DNA from: Candidatus Pacearchaeota archaeon
Lineage (GTDB): Archaea > Nanobdellota > Nanobdellia > Pacearchaeales > GW2011-AR1
DNA length: 64,000 nucleotides
Reading direction: 5' to 3'
Assembly: GCA_050124795.1 (NCBI GenBank)
Contig: JASFEO010000003.1
Coordinates: 15,622-79,621 of the forward strand
Each line of letters starts with the position of its first letter. Position 1 is the first letter of the stretch. A program made the position numbers and the translations under genes. Shown in pieces: positions 48,226 through 58,168 of this stretch. The notes below the pieces were generated by a model, which was given only the letters and a program-made list of their open reading frames with translations, was not told the origin of the DNA and made no database searches.

Positions 48226-48609
48226 ATGGCATTGTTTAAGTCAAAGAGAAATAATGTTCTCGATTTAACTGAGCGTTACAAAAGGCAGCAGGAAAAACTT
48301 GCTGAACTCAAGGCTGAAAGAGAAGAAGCAATTGCAGAACAAGGTTCTCAGGAAAGTTTGCCTTCCCAAAGTTCAGGAGGATTTTTTAGTTTTTTTGATA
48401 GTTCTTCAAATGCAGTAACTTCCTCTTCAACTGCGCAAACAGAATCAAATGAACCTGTTGATTTAGAAAGTGCAGAAGATAGAAAAAAGAAACTCGCAAA
48501 AAGACTTCTTGATATTACAAATAAGTTAGAAGAAATAAGCAATCAAATTTATCATCTGCAGCAAAGACTTGAAGTTGTTGAAAGAAAAGCCGGTGTTAAT
48601 AATTTTTAA
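48226..48609 (+). CDS. hypothetical coiled-coil protein
   Basis: VLDLTE..GFFSFF..IYHLQQRLEVVERK. Confidence 0.7.
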   Translation: MALFKSKRNNVLDLTERYKRQQEKLAELKAEREEAIAEQGSQESLPSQSSGGFFSFFDSSSNAVTSSSTAQTESNEPVDLESAEDRKKKLAKRLLDITNKLEEISNQIYHLQQRLEVVERKAGVNNF

Positions 48610-48651
48610 TTTTAAATAAGTTTATTAATAAGGGGTTCTTTAGAGAGTAAA

Positions 48652-49524
48652 ATGAAATTCTCACACATTTCAATAATGCCAAATGAAGTTCTTGAAGCTT
48701 TTTCAGATTTAAAAAAAGAAAGTATAATCGTCGATGGAACTCTTGGAAAGGGAGGGCATTCAAAACTTCTTCTTGAAAGGGGATTTCATATTATTGGGAC
48801 GGATAGAGATAAAGATGCAATTGAAGAAGTTAAAAAAAACTTGAAAAATAAAAATATAAAAATCTTCCATGACAATTTTTCAGATATCAAAAAAGTTTTA
48901 AAAAAAACAAAAGTGAATTTAGTCTCTGGAATTTTGCTTGATCTTGGAGTCTCAACTTATCAACTGGAAAACAAGGAAAGGGGATTTGGATTTGCTGGAA
49001 AACTTGACATGAGAATGAATCAACAACAAAAAACAACTGCAGAAGAAATTGTGAATGATTATGATGAAAAAACTCTTTCCAGGATTTTTAAAAAATACGG
49101 CGAGAAAGTTTACTATAAAGAAATAGCAAAGAATATTATCAAAAAAAGAAAAGAAAAAAGAATAACTTCTGGTGAGGAATTAGTTGAAGTAATAAAGATG
49201 AGCATGCCCCATAGATATAGAAAAACAAGAAAACATCATTGGGCAACTCCGGTTTTTCGGGCCTTGCGAATTGAAGTAAATCGCGATTTTGAAAATCTTG
49301 AAAAATTTCTTAATGATTTTAAAGACTGCTTAGAATCGGGGGGGATTTTGTGCATTATAACTTTTCATTCACTTGAAGAAAGAATAATTAAAACAAAGAT
49401 AAAATTATTAAAGAAGCAAGGAGTAAGATTAGTAACTAAAAAAGGAATTATCGCAACTGAACAGGAAATTAGAAAAAATCCTAAGGCTAAGAGAGCTAAG
49501 TTGTGGATAGCAATCAAAAAATGA
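48652..49524 (+). CDS. rsmH: 16S rRNA m4C1402 methyltransferase RsmH (bacterial type)
   Basis: HISIM, VDGTLGKGGHS, LLDLGVS..QL..RGF..LDMRM, FRALRIEVN, ITFHSLEE, NPKAKRAKL. Confidence 0.93.
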   Translation: MKFSHISIMPNEVLEAFSDLKKESIIVDGTLGKGGHSKLLLERGFHIIGTDRDKDAIEEVKKNLKNKNIKIFHDNFSDIKKVLKKTKVNLVSGILLDLGVSTYQLENKERGFGFAGKLDMRMNQQQKTTAEEIVNDYDEKTLSRIFKKYGEKVYYKEIAKNIIKKRKEKRITSGEELVEVIKMSMPHRYRKTRKHHWATPVFRALRIEVNRDFENLEKFLNDFKDCLESGGILCIITFHSLEERIIKTKIKLLKKQGVRLVTKKGIIATEQEIRKNPKAKRAKLWIAIKK

Positions 49525-50717
49525 AAAACTTAAATAAAAAAGCTCGTGCATATGCACTAAAAAATGCAATTAGTTATGGCGGCAAAGCAAATCAAGGAGC
49601 AGTAGTTTCAGGATTGTTTAATGAAGGAATGAAAAAAGACGAAGTTAAAAAATACATTAGAGAAATTTCTGAAGTTGTAAAAAAAGTTAATTCATTATCA
49701 GTTGATAAACAAAAAAAAGAATTTGAAAAATTAAAAAACTTGGTTGGAAAAAGACCTGAGCGAGAGGGTTTGCCAGAACTACCAAATGTAAAAAAGTCGG
49801 GGGTTGTAATGCGTTTTAGTCCTGCACCGTCAGGAAGACTTCATATCGGAGGAGTGAGAACAGCTGCGCTTTCTTATTTATATGTAAAAAAATATGGAGG
49901 GAAATTCTACATAAGGATGGATGACAGCGACCCTGCAAAAGTGAATCAGGAATCTTATGATTATATAAAAGAAGAATTAAAATGGCTTTTTGGCAATTCT
50001 TTTGAAATAATTATTATCTCCGACAGATTAAAACTCTATTATAAATATGCAGAAAAATTAATTAAAAAAAATTCAGCTTATGTCTGCACCTGCTCAGGCG
50101 AGGATTTTAGAGAACTTGCAAAAGAAAAAAAAGAATGCCCCTGCAGAAATAATAGTGTGGGAGAAAATCTCAAAAGATGGAAAAAGATGCTTGACAAAAA
50201 AGGATACAAAGAAGGGGGGGCAGTGCTACGTTTTAAATCAGACATGAAACATAAAAATCCCGCGATGAGAGATTTTCCCTTGGCGAGAATTAATCTGACT
50301 TCTCACCCGATTCAAAAAAATAAATTTAGGGTTTGGCCTTTGATGAATCTTATTGTCAGTGTTGATGATATTGAATTAAAAATGACGCACATTATAAGGG
50401 GGAAAGATCACAAAGATAATGCAGAACGACAAAAAATGATATTTGAAGTCTTGGGCAGAAAATTTCCCTGGACGAGTTTTATTGGCAGATATAAATTTAA
50501 AGGTGTTGATTTATCAAAAAGAAAAATAACTCAGGGGATTAAAGAAGGAAAATATTCAGGCTGGGATGATGAAAAACTTTTAACTGTTGCCTCATTAAAA
50601 AAGAAATATTCGCCAGAAGTTTTTTTAAAATTCACAGAACATATGGGGATAAGTGAAGTCGATAGAATTTTTGACAGAAAAGAATTTCTTAGATTGCTGG
50701 ATACATTTAAAGAATAA
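49521..50717 (+). CDS. gltX: glutamyl-tRNA synthetase, archaeal type, C-terminally short
   Basis: ALKNA..GGKA; RFSPAPSG.LHIG; AYVCTC; HKNPAMRD; THIIRGKDH; LSKRK; GWDD. Confidence 0.9.
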   Translation: MKNLNKKARAYALKNAISYGGKANQGAVVSGLFNEGMKKDEVKKYIREISEVVKKVNSLSVDKQKKEFEKLKNLVGKRPEREGLPELPNVKKSGVVMRFSPAPSGRLHIGGVRTAALSYLYVKKYGGKFYIRMDDSDPAKVNQESYDYIKEELKWLFGNSFEIIIISDRLKLYYKYAEKLIKKNSAYVCTCSGEDFRELAKEKKECPCRNNSVGENLKRWKKMLDKKGYKEGGAVLRFKSDMKHKNPAMRDFPLARINLTSHPIQKNKFRVWPLMNLIVSVDDIELKMTHIIRGKDHKDNAERQKMIFEVLGRKFPWTSFIGRYKFKGVDLSKRKITQGIKEGKYSGWDDEKLLTVASLKKKYSPEVFLKFTEHMGISEVDRIFDRKEFLRLLDTFKE

Positions 50718-50821
50718 AGAAAGTTTTTGATTCTTAATAAATATAATAAATAACCTCTGAACAAAAAAGTTTTTAAAGAAGTTTTGTTTAATTAAATTAT
50801 AACATTCAAAAGGAGGTTAAG

Positions 50822-51271
50822 ATGATAAAAAATAAGAAGGCATTGTCGACTGTTGTGACAACTTTGATAATTATTCTTTTGGTGCTCGTCGCTATCGGGA
50901 TAATCTGGGTGGTTATTAGTAATGTTGTAACAGAGGGTTCTCAAAATGTTGATTATGCAACAAAATGTTTTAGTATAGATGTAAAGGCTACTACAGTTGC
51001 ATGCTCCGGGCCGACTTTATGCAATGTAACCTTAAAAAGAGGAGCAGAAGGAGATGATATTGCAGGTATAAAATTTGTATTTAGCAATTCTACAACTGGT
51101 TCAAGTGATGTTATTGATTATCCAAATAATGTGGCTCCATTGCAGACAATTACAGTGCCAATAACAATAACGGGTTTAACAAGCAATCCTGACAAGGTTG
51201 AAGTAACTGCTTACTTCGCAGATGACATGGGAGAAGAAAGACCCTGCACAACATATCCATTTAGTTTTTAA
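50822..51271 (+). CDS. archaeal type IV pilin-like protein
   Basis: Class III signal NKKA/LSTVVTTLIIILLVLVAIGIIW. Confidence 0.88.
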   Translation: MIKNKKALSTVVTTLIIILLVLVAIGIIWVVISNVVTEGSQNVDYATKCFSIDVKATTVACSGPTLCNVTLKRGAEGDDIAGIKFVFSNSTTGSSDVIDYPNNVAPLQTITVPITITGLTSNPDKVEVTAYFADDMGEERPCTTYPFSF

Positions 51272-51307
51272 TTAATTTTTATTTTTCTATTTCTTTAATT
51301 TTTATTT

Positions 51308-52489
51308 TTAAGAATTATTTTTTATAATATAGACTTCGTCATTTTTTCTTAGTCTTGAAATTTTTATTCCAACTTCATCTCCTTTTTTCCCTGAGTTGAC
51401 TTTTTTATTTTTTATTTCTATTGAATTAATTTTTGAATTTTTAATTCCTGTTGTTTTTCCTATCACAATTATTTTATCTTTTATTTTTAGGGGGGAAACA
51501 AGTTTTATTGTTGCGACTTTTGCTTTTGGATAATAATGAGTTACTTTTCCTACAAAGTGTTTTTTTTCTTTTGTTGCACTGTGCTCTACTCGTGAGAAAT
51601 CGTCTGATGTCGGAAGACCAAAATAAAATCCAGATGAGAAACCCCGATGATAAACTTTTTTTAATTCTTCAATTGATTTTTTGATTTCTTTTTTTGAAAG
51701 TTTTTTGTCAAGTGCCATTCTATAAATTTTTACAACTGTATCAACATATCTTGCATCGCGATTTCTTCCTTCAATTTTAAATCCTTTTATCCCGGATGAT
51801 TTTAATTTTTCAATAAATGGCAAGGTGCATAAATCTTTTGCAGACATAACTTTGTCATTATTTATTTTAAGTTCATATCCTTCCTGCTTGTCTTTTACAA
51901 TGTAACTTCTTCTGCACGGCTGGATACATTTTCCTCTGTTAGCAGAATGGTTAAATAAAAATTGTGAAGTGAAACAACGTCCCGAAATAGCAACGCACAT
52001 CGCGCCGTGGGCAAAAACTTCCACATCAATTATTTTTGAAATTTTTTTTATTTGCAATAAACTCAATTCTCTTGCAAGAACAATTCTTTTTGCCCCGAGG
52101 TTTTTGTAAAATTTTGCAGTTTCAATATTTGCAACTGAGGCCTGGGTAGAAATAAAAAAAGGAATTTTATATTTTTTGCATAAATTAACTATTGAGAAGT
52201 CCCAGCAGATTATTGCGTCTATTTTTTCTTTTACTTTTTTAATTATATTTTCAATCTTCTTTATTTCGTCGTCATAAATTATTGTATTAAGTGTTAAATA
52301 TTTTTTTACTTTTTTCTTTTTACAAATTTTATTGATTTTATCTAAGTCTTTGATTGTGAAATTTTTTGCGTTTTTGCGCATTGAAAATTCTTTTAATCCA
52401 AAATAAACTGCATCTGCATCTGCGTTAACTGCTGCAACTAAGGTGGGGAAACTTCCTGCAGGGGCTAATAATTCAAATTTATTTTTCAT
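51308..52489 (-). CDS. U32-family protein (TrhP/RlhA-like RNA hydroxylation)
   Basis: ELLAPAG, DAVYFG, LARELS, HGAMCVAISGRC, NRGKCIQPCR, KIEGR. Confidence 0.9.
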   Translation of the reverse strand: MKNKFELLAPAGSFPTLVAAVNADADAVYFGLKEFSMRKNAKNFTIKDLDKINKICKKKKVKKYLTLNTIIYDDEIKKIENIIKKVKEKIDAIICWDFSIVNLCKKYKIPFFISTQASVANIETAKFYKNLGAKRIVLARELSLLQIKKISKIIDVEVFAHGAMCVAISGRCFTSQFLFNHSANRGKCIQPCRRSYIVKDKQEGYELKINNDKVMSAKDLCTLPFIEKLKSSGIKGFKIEGRNRDARYVDTVVKIYRMALDKKLSKKEIKKSIEELKKVYHRGFSSGFYFGLPTSDDFSRVEHSATKEKKHFVGKVTHYYPKAKVATIKLVSPLKIKDKIIVIGKTTGIKNSKINSIEIKNKKVNSGKKGDEVGIKISRLRKNDEVYIIKNNS

Positions 52490-52562
52490 TTTAAAATTTT
52501 AAAAGATTTGTAACAGATGATTCTCATAAAAAGAAATATGAATTTTGGTTTTTAAGTTTTTA

Positions 52563-52829
52563 TTAGTAATTTTTTATCGCGGAAATAAGGCCTGCTGCTG
52601 AAAATCCTGCTGAAGCAAGATACATAAGCACATTTTCTGTTATGTTATATCCCGCCACATTAATATAATCCGGCAGGGGGGTGTCAATGTTTATTCCTGA
52701 TATAATGCCAAGAACTCCAATTGCAGTAAGTGTAAACCATGATGTTGAATAAAACGGAATCTGAGAATTATCATTAAGGGTAGGTTGGTTTCTTGAAGTT
52801 TGTTCAAGTAAATTTATTTTCCTTGGCAT
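52563..52829 (-). CDS. small membrane protein
   Basis: Two hydrophobic segments. Confidence 0.55.
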   Translation of the reverse strand: MPRKINLLEQTSRNQPTLNDNSQIPFYSTSWFTLTAIGVLGIISGINIDTPLPDYINVAGYNITENVLMYLASAGFSAAGLISAIKNY

Positions 52830-52941
52830 TTTATGACTACCCGGGGGGTATTATGTTTAAAAGTCTTTGCATTGCTAATGAATTCTGAATAAAATGAAGT
52901 TAGTTAAAAAGATTTATAAGTTAATTTTTTGGAATAAATTT

Positions 52942-53304
52942 ATGGATAAAGAAGAATATTATGAAATAGTTAAAGATTTGAGATACAATTATAGTGGAGG
53001 GTCCCAATCTGCAGGTGAAGTGGGCGGACTGAAGATGAAAATTAGAAAAGCATTGTTTCAGGCAGTAGAAGGAGTTTTGGTTAAGGGAGTGGATAATGGA
53101 TTTTTGCCAGAGGAAAAATATTCAGGAGAACTTCATAAGTTTAATAACCGGGTTAGGGAAACAAAGTTTTATCGTGGAAACCCGACAAGAGAAGATATTT
53201 ATTATGGCAATAAAATTTTAGATGGGATTCTTGCTGAGTTAGAGTTAGGGGAGGTGACTACAAAGACTCCCCCCAGAGATAGAGGATATTATTTTTCTAT
53301 ATGA
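52942..53304 (+). CDS. hypothetical protein
   Basis: ORF with TATA-like TTTATAAG upstream. Confidence 0.6.
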   Translation: MDKEEYYEIVKDLRYNYSGGSQSAGEVGGLKMKIRKALFQAVEGVLVKGVDNGFLPEEKYSGELHKFNNRVRETKFYRGNPTREDIYYGNKILDGILAELELGEVTTKTPPRDRGYYFSI

Positions 53305-54339
53305 TTATTTTCTGATATGAATATCTGTTTGCGGGAAAGGGATTTCTATTTTGTTTTTGTTTAGTGTGTTATAAATTTTTGTGTTGGCTTCGTCAATTGA
53401 GGAGATTCTGTTTTCAAAAGAGTCCACGTAAAAGTAGGCTTTGAAGTTTAGGCTTGAGTCTGCCATTTCTAAAAATCTTACTTTGATGTCATCGTCTTTT
53501 ACAATGTGCTTTAGTTTTTTTATTTCTGTTAGGATTAATTTTTTTACTTTTTCAATGTTTGAACCATAGGCAACTCCGAATGGAACAACGACTCTTGTTT
53601 TTGGTTCAGGCAATGCGACATTTTGTATTGTGCTGTCTGCGAGTTTATTGTTTGGGACAATTATTAGTTCGTTATCAAAGGTTTTTATTCTTGTGCTTCT
53701 TAAACCAATCTTGTCAATTTTTCCTTTTGTTTGGGCATCAAGATAAACTAAATCTCCGACTCTGACAGAATGGTCGAGGATAATTGCAGCTCCTGAAAAA
53801 ATATTACTCAATATTGGCTGTAATGCGAGTGCAACTGCAAGACCTGCAATTCCAAGTCCTGCCAAAAGAGGGGTTATTTCAATTCCCCATAAATTAAGAA
53901 TATAAAGAAATGTTATTAGGATTAATGCAATTTGCAAAACACTTTCGAAGAGGGAAATTAAACTGTCGTCGATTCTTGACTTTGTTTTTCGGGCTGCTTT
54001 TTTTATTGCTGTTATGACGATTATATTTACAAATGCGTAGATAAGGTATGCAAGAACAATTATTATCGCAGAGTGTATTATGTTGAGTGCAACTAAATTA
54101 TAATTTTCTCTTAATGCAAGTTCAATGATTGAAATTCTAAGTGCAATTAAAAGCGCAAGGATTGTCAGGGGTTTTGAGGCTTTTTGAATTAATTTGTCGT
54201 CGAGGTTTGTTTTTGTTTTGCTTGTAAGTTTGAGAAAAATTTTTTCAATAAAATAAAGGGCGACTCTTATTGCAAATAATAATACAATTAATGTGGCAAG
54301 CGCTCTTAGGTAATCATTTGGTATATATTGTTCAATCAT
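53305..54339 (-). CDS. mscS: small-conductance mechanosensitive channel
   Basis: LAGLGIAGLAVALALQ..NIFSG; IGLRSTRI; IEIPFPQ. Confidence 0.93.
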   Translation of the reverse strand: MIEQYIPNDYLRALATLIVLLFAIRVALYFIEKIFLKLTSKTKTNLDDKLIQKASKPLTILALLIALRISIIELALRENYNLVALNIIHSAIIIVLAYLIYAFVNIIVITAIKKAARKTKSRIDDSLISLFESVLQIALILITFLYILNLWGIEITPLLAGLGIAGLAVALALQPILSNIFSGAAIILDHSVRVGDLVYLDAQTKGKIDKIGLRSTRIKTFDNELIIVPNNKLADSTIQNVALPEPKTRVVVPFGVAYGSNIEKVKKLILTEIKKLKHIVKDDDIKVRFLEMADSSLNFKAYFYVDSFENRISSIDEANTKIYNTLNKNKIEIPFPQTDIHIRK

Positions 54340-54380
54340 AATTTATCAAAAGAAAAAGAATTTATAAATTTTCTTAAATC

Positions 54381-55247
54381 TTATAAAATAAAATCTGTAT
54401 CTCCATATCTTTGCATATCAAAACTTATTTTGGTATCTTTTGGAAGTTTCAATAATCGAAGAACTTTTTCAGGATTTTCTCTGTGCTCTTTATTCCCGCA
54501 GAGTATTTCATCTTTTGAAATATTTATCAGTCCTTTTTTTGAATTAAATAAATTATATAGGCCGAATGTTAGTGCTCCGACTTTCATTCCTCTTATATAT
54601 TCGCCGCTTGATACGCTTATAGAATCTTCTTTTGTAGCCGAGATAACAACAAAATTATTTATGATCTTTTTTTTAAATGTTAATTTTGATCGCCCGAGAT
54701 GTTCTTTTATCCAATAGGGGAATATCCCGCTAAAGCATGAATCTATTATAATAGCTTTTTTCCCTTTTATTTTTCCAATTTCTCTAAAAATTTCTTTTGG
54801 TGTTATCCTGCTTTTGTTAATATCGGGGGGAACGCCATTAATATAATCTATATTGATAATAAAAGAATTTTTTATCCTCCCCCCATGCCCTGTATAATAA
54901 AAAATAGTTTTATTATTTTTTTCATTGCTTGCGATTCTATTAATTTTTTTAAAAATATTATCTTCTGTAGCATGGTTTGGCGGGATATAATCAATAGAAT
55001 AACCAAATTTTTTAAAATAATAATTAGCAATTTTTATGTCATCTCCGCGTGTTGGATCTTGTTGAACTAAGATTGCTTTTTTGCCAGGGATGGGGGTATA
55101 ATCTATTTTCTGCAATAGTCTTTCCAGAGTTAATATTGTTTTTTTAGTTTTGAAAATAGATTCTTCTAAACAATAGCCAAACGTGGCTGCTGCGAGAGAT
55201 TTTCCAATTAATCCCAAAAATTCTCTTCTTGGACTTTGTTTTTTCAT
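54381..55247 (-). CDS. caspase-like (C14) cysteine protease with twin-arginine-like N-terminus
   Basis: SPRREFLG; FYYTGHGG and IIDSCFSG dyad; GALTFGL. Confidence 0.8.
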   Translation of the reverse strand: MKKQSPRREFLGLIGKSLAAATFGYCLEESIFKTKKTILTLERLLQKIDYTPIPGKKAILVQQDPTRGDDIKIANYYFKKFGYSIDYIPPNHATEDNIFKKINRIASNEKNNKTIFYYTGHGGRIKNSFIINIDYINGVPPDINKSRITPKEIFREIGKIKGKKAIIIDSCFSGIFPYWIKEHLGRSKLTFKKKIINNFVVISATKEDSISVSSGEYIRGMKVGALTFGLYNLFNSKKGLINISKDEILCGNKEHRENPEKVLRLLKLPKDTKISFDMQRYGDTDFIL

Positions 55248-55454
55248 AATAACTTTTTTATATAATGATCTATAAATCTTTTTAGGTTAGTCTGTTGGGA
55301 GGAATGATATTTTCAATCTTAAGAAAATTTTAAAAACCTTGTCTTTTTTGTTTTTTCATGGCACTTAAATTTTGTAATTGTCGGCATCATTAGAAAGGCA
55401 AATTTTCCTAGCTGTGCAAAGGTTTTTAATTCTTTTTTGGATAAATTAAATTAT

Positions 55455-55526
55455 GGTGGATGTAGTACATTGGTAGTACAGATGGTTGTGGTCCGTCAGA
55501 AGAGAGTTCGATCCTCTCCTTCCACC
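55455..55526 (+). tRNA. tRNA-His(GTG) with encoded G-1
   Basis: G-GTGGATG..CTTCCAC-C; anticodon arm GATGG-TTGTGGT-CCGTC. Confidence 0.93.
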
Positions 55527-55562
55527 CTTCAAGTTTGAGAATCAAACTGGGATAAAAATAGA

Positions 55563-55748
55563 ATGGTGAAAATAAAAAACAAATATAGTTTATTAGATAT
55601 TTTTGAAGATTATTTTTGGATAATTGGACTAAGTTTAGTTATTGTTGGAGGAACTAAATTTTTTGAAAGAGACCCATTAGGAATATTTATATCTGGTGTA
55701 ATTCTATTATTAGTAGGAGTATTTTTAAAAAGTATAAATAAAAAATGA
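55563..55748 (+). CDS. small two-TM protein between tRNA-His and hisS
   Basis: 61 aa; ATGA overlap with hisS. Confidence 0.6.
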   Translation: MVKIKNKYSLLDIFEDYFWIIGLSLVIVGGTKFFERDPLGIFISGVILLLVGVFLKSINKK

Positions 55749-56887
55749 CAAAAAAATTTTCAGAACCAGTAAAAGGCTTCAAAGACTACACCGAAGCTGA
55801 AGCAATCAAGCGAAGCGAGATTCGTAAAATCTTAGTGGAAACTTTTGAAAAATATGGATATGAGCCTGCTGAAACCCCAATTATTGAAGATGAAAAATTT
55901 GTAAGAGGAGAAAATCCAAATGACGAGGCAGTTAGTGACATTTATAGACTTCGTGACAAAGGAAAAAGAAAATTAGCACTTCGTTATGAATTTACTTTTC
56001 AATTGAAAAGATTAATGCAAAATAAAAAATTGCCATTTAAGCGTTACCAGATTGGAGAAGTTTTTCGTGATGAACCGACTTCACAAAATCGTTTTAGACA
56101 ATTCACTCAATGTGATGTTGATGTTGTGGGCTCAACAATAAAAGATGAAGCAGAATTACTTTCAATTGCAAAAGAAGTTTTAGAAAAGTTAGGTTTAGAA
56201 TTTGCAATTTTAATTAATAATAGAAAACTGCTTAATGAAATTTTAGATGATTTGAAAATCAAAAAAAAGCGTGAAGAGATTTTAAGAGAACTTGATAAAC
56301 TTGATAAACAAGGTTTGCAAAAAACACAAAACAATCTTTATGAATTCGGTGCAGGAGACTTACTCGAAGCAATAACTCAGGGTGAAGAATATTTTTCAAA
56401 GTTTGAGTCTTACAAAGAAATAATTAGTTTAATGGAATACTGCAAATTATATAATGTAAAAATTAAATTTTCACCGACAATTATTCGTGGTTTAAGTTAT
56501 TATAACGGAACAGTCTTTGAAATAAAATCTAAAGATGTAAAAGAAACAATTACTGCAGGAGGAAGCTATCAATTTAATCAAAAACAATGTTCAGGAATTT
56601 CATTTGGCCTTGATAGATTAGCAATTATTTCAAAACTAAAAAATTCACAAGAAAAATATTTAGTAGTTTCATTAGAAGAAGACAAGGCTGCAATTAACTT
56701 AGCTCAAAAATTAAGAAAGAAAAACAAGAACACAACCTTGTTTTATGGAAAACCTTCAAAAGCACTTGAGTTTGCAAATTCAAAAAATATTAATAATGTA
56801 ATTTTTGTCGGGGGGAAAGAAGTTAAAGAAAAAAAATTTAAGGTTAAAGATATGAAAAGCGGGAAGGAGAGTAGGTTAATTATTTAA
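55745..56887 (+). CDS. hisS: histidyl-tRNA synthetase
   Basis: VKGFKD, LALRYEFT, FRDEP..RFRQFTQCDVD, RGLSYYNG.VFE, SFGLDRL. Confidence 0.95.
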   Translation: MTKKFSEPVKGFKDYTEAEAIKRSEIRKILVETFEKYGYEPAETPIIEDEKFVRGENPNDEAVSDIYRLRDKGKRKLALRYEFTFQLKRLMQNKKLPFKRYQIGEVFRDEPTSQNRFRQFTQCDVDVVGSTIKDEAELLSIAKEVLEKLGLEFAILINNRKLLNEILDDLKIKKKREEILRELDKLDKQGLQKTQNNLYEFGAGDLLEAITQGEEYFSKFESYKEIISLMEYCKLYNVKIKFSPTIIRGLSYYNGTVFEIKSKDVKETITAGGSYQFNQKQCSGISFGLDRLAIISKLKNSQEKYLVVSLEEDKAAINLAQKLRKKNKNTTLFYGKPSKALEFANSKNINNVIFVGGKEVKEKKFKVKDMKSGKESRLII

Positions 56888-56931
56888 TTAATCACAACAA
56901 TCTTTAAAAAGTTGTAAAGAATTATCCTGAC

Positions 56932-57603
56932 ATGGCAAAAAGAAATTATATTGTAGCTAACCAGTTAAGAAAATATCCTGTTTCAAACGACGTAGATGAA
57001 TTATTAGACACATTATCTTTTAAGAAATTTTCATCTTCGCAAGTTCCTGATTGGGAATTATTTACAAGAACAGACAGGGATAATTTTGACTTTGCAGCAA
57101 TCTATGGAGATAAAGAATTTTTTGTTCATGGCGATTTTTCTTCAATTGAAACTCCTCAAAGAGATTTAGAAAATATTTCAAGAATTTTCAATGAAAATTG
57201 GGCTTCAAGAAAAATCCGCGGGAGAACAATAGCCCCTATTTTTGCGCCTTTATTAGGGGGACTTGGGGTGGTGTCTTATGATGTATATAATGAAAATATT
57301 GATATCCTCGGGGGGATCACTGATTTCTTAGGAAATATTTTTCCATCAATATCCCGGGATGAGGCAGGATTATCCGCGGGTCTTGGGATTCTTGGGCTTG
57401 CTCTTCTTGGAGAGATAGGAGGTCTAGTTGCAAATAACTTATTAAATAGACATTATGGTTCTAGATTATCAAAAGAAGCAGAAGAATATAATTATGGGGG
57501 GGATGGCGAGAATAGATTAAGAACAGAACTTGTTTTTAATAAGATCAAATCAGGCGAGATGAATAGCTTAGACTTTTTGAAATTGCAGGGTTACAAATTA
57601 TGA
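56932..57603 (+). CDS. hypothetical membrane protein with Gly-rich TM hairpin
   Basis: APLLGGLG..AGLGILGLALLGEIGG. Confidence 0.65.
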   Translation: MAKRNYIVANQLRKYPVSNDVDELLDTLSFKKFSSSQVPDWELFTRTDRDNFDFAAIYGDKEFFVHGDFSSIETPQRDLENISRIFNENWASRKIRGRTIAPIFAPLLGGLGVVSYDVYNENIDILGGITDFLGNIFPSISRDEAGLSAGLGILGLALLGEIGGLVANNLLNRHYGSRLSKEAEEYNYGGDGENRLRTELVFNKIKSGEMNSLDFLKLQGYKL

Positions 57604-57612
57604 TTTATATTT

Positions 57613-57663
57613 ATTAATTTCACTCTTTCACTTTCTTTTCCTTAGACATTAAAGCGAACTTTT
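57613..57663. repeat. degenerate duplicate of the rpl24e 3' end (58164..58213)
   Basis: 17-bp identical core ACTTTCTTTTCCTTAGA plus matching ATTAATTTC and CGAACTTTT flanks. Confidence 0.8.
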
Positions 57664-57727
57664 TTGAATAATCTTTTATATCCCAAAAATATAAATCCTT
57701 TTAAACTATCGATTTCTTAATTTAATT

Positions 57728-58168
57728 ATGTCAATAGTTGAGGAAAATGATATTGGTTCAAAGTATTCTGCTGTCGCGATTATTATAAGTAGTTGGTTTG
57801 ACGATTCAATTAATGGGAAGGCCCCTGAAATTCAAAAAGGAATTTTAAACTCAGGAAAAAAAATTTTGGAAAATGCTCTTGGGATTTTTGATTTAGAAAA
57901 CCCGAATACAAAAAATGGGGCTTATTTTTTATTTGTCATGGATGCTTTGCAAAATGCAACAGGGAAAATTTATGATGATTTTAAAGAATCAGAACAAGAT
58001 ATAAGAACTTGCAGGGAATTACTTGATTTTCCTTTGATAAATCAACAAAACAAAAAAAATTATAAATTGTCAAGAGACATGTGGGAGGAATTACACAGAA
58101 TATCTTGTGAGAATAGAGTTAATCAATATTTTACTGGCGAAAAAAGTTCTTATGCTTATGTTAATTAA
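57728..58168 (+). CDS. hypothetical protein flanked by rpl24e 3'-end repeats
   Basis: 146 aa, own TATA element, convergent with rpl24e. Confidence 0.65.
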   Translation: MSIVEENDIGSKYSAVAIIISSWFDDSINGKAPEIQKGILNSGKKILENALGIFDLENPNTKNGAYFLFVMDALQNATGKIYDDFKESEQDIRTCRELLDFPLINQQNKKNYKLSRDMWEELHRISCENRVNQYFTGEKSSYAYVN

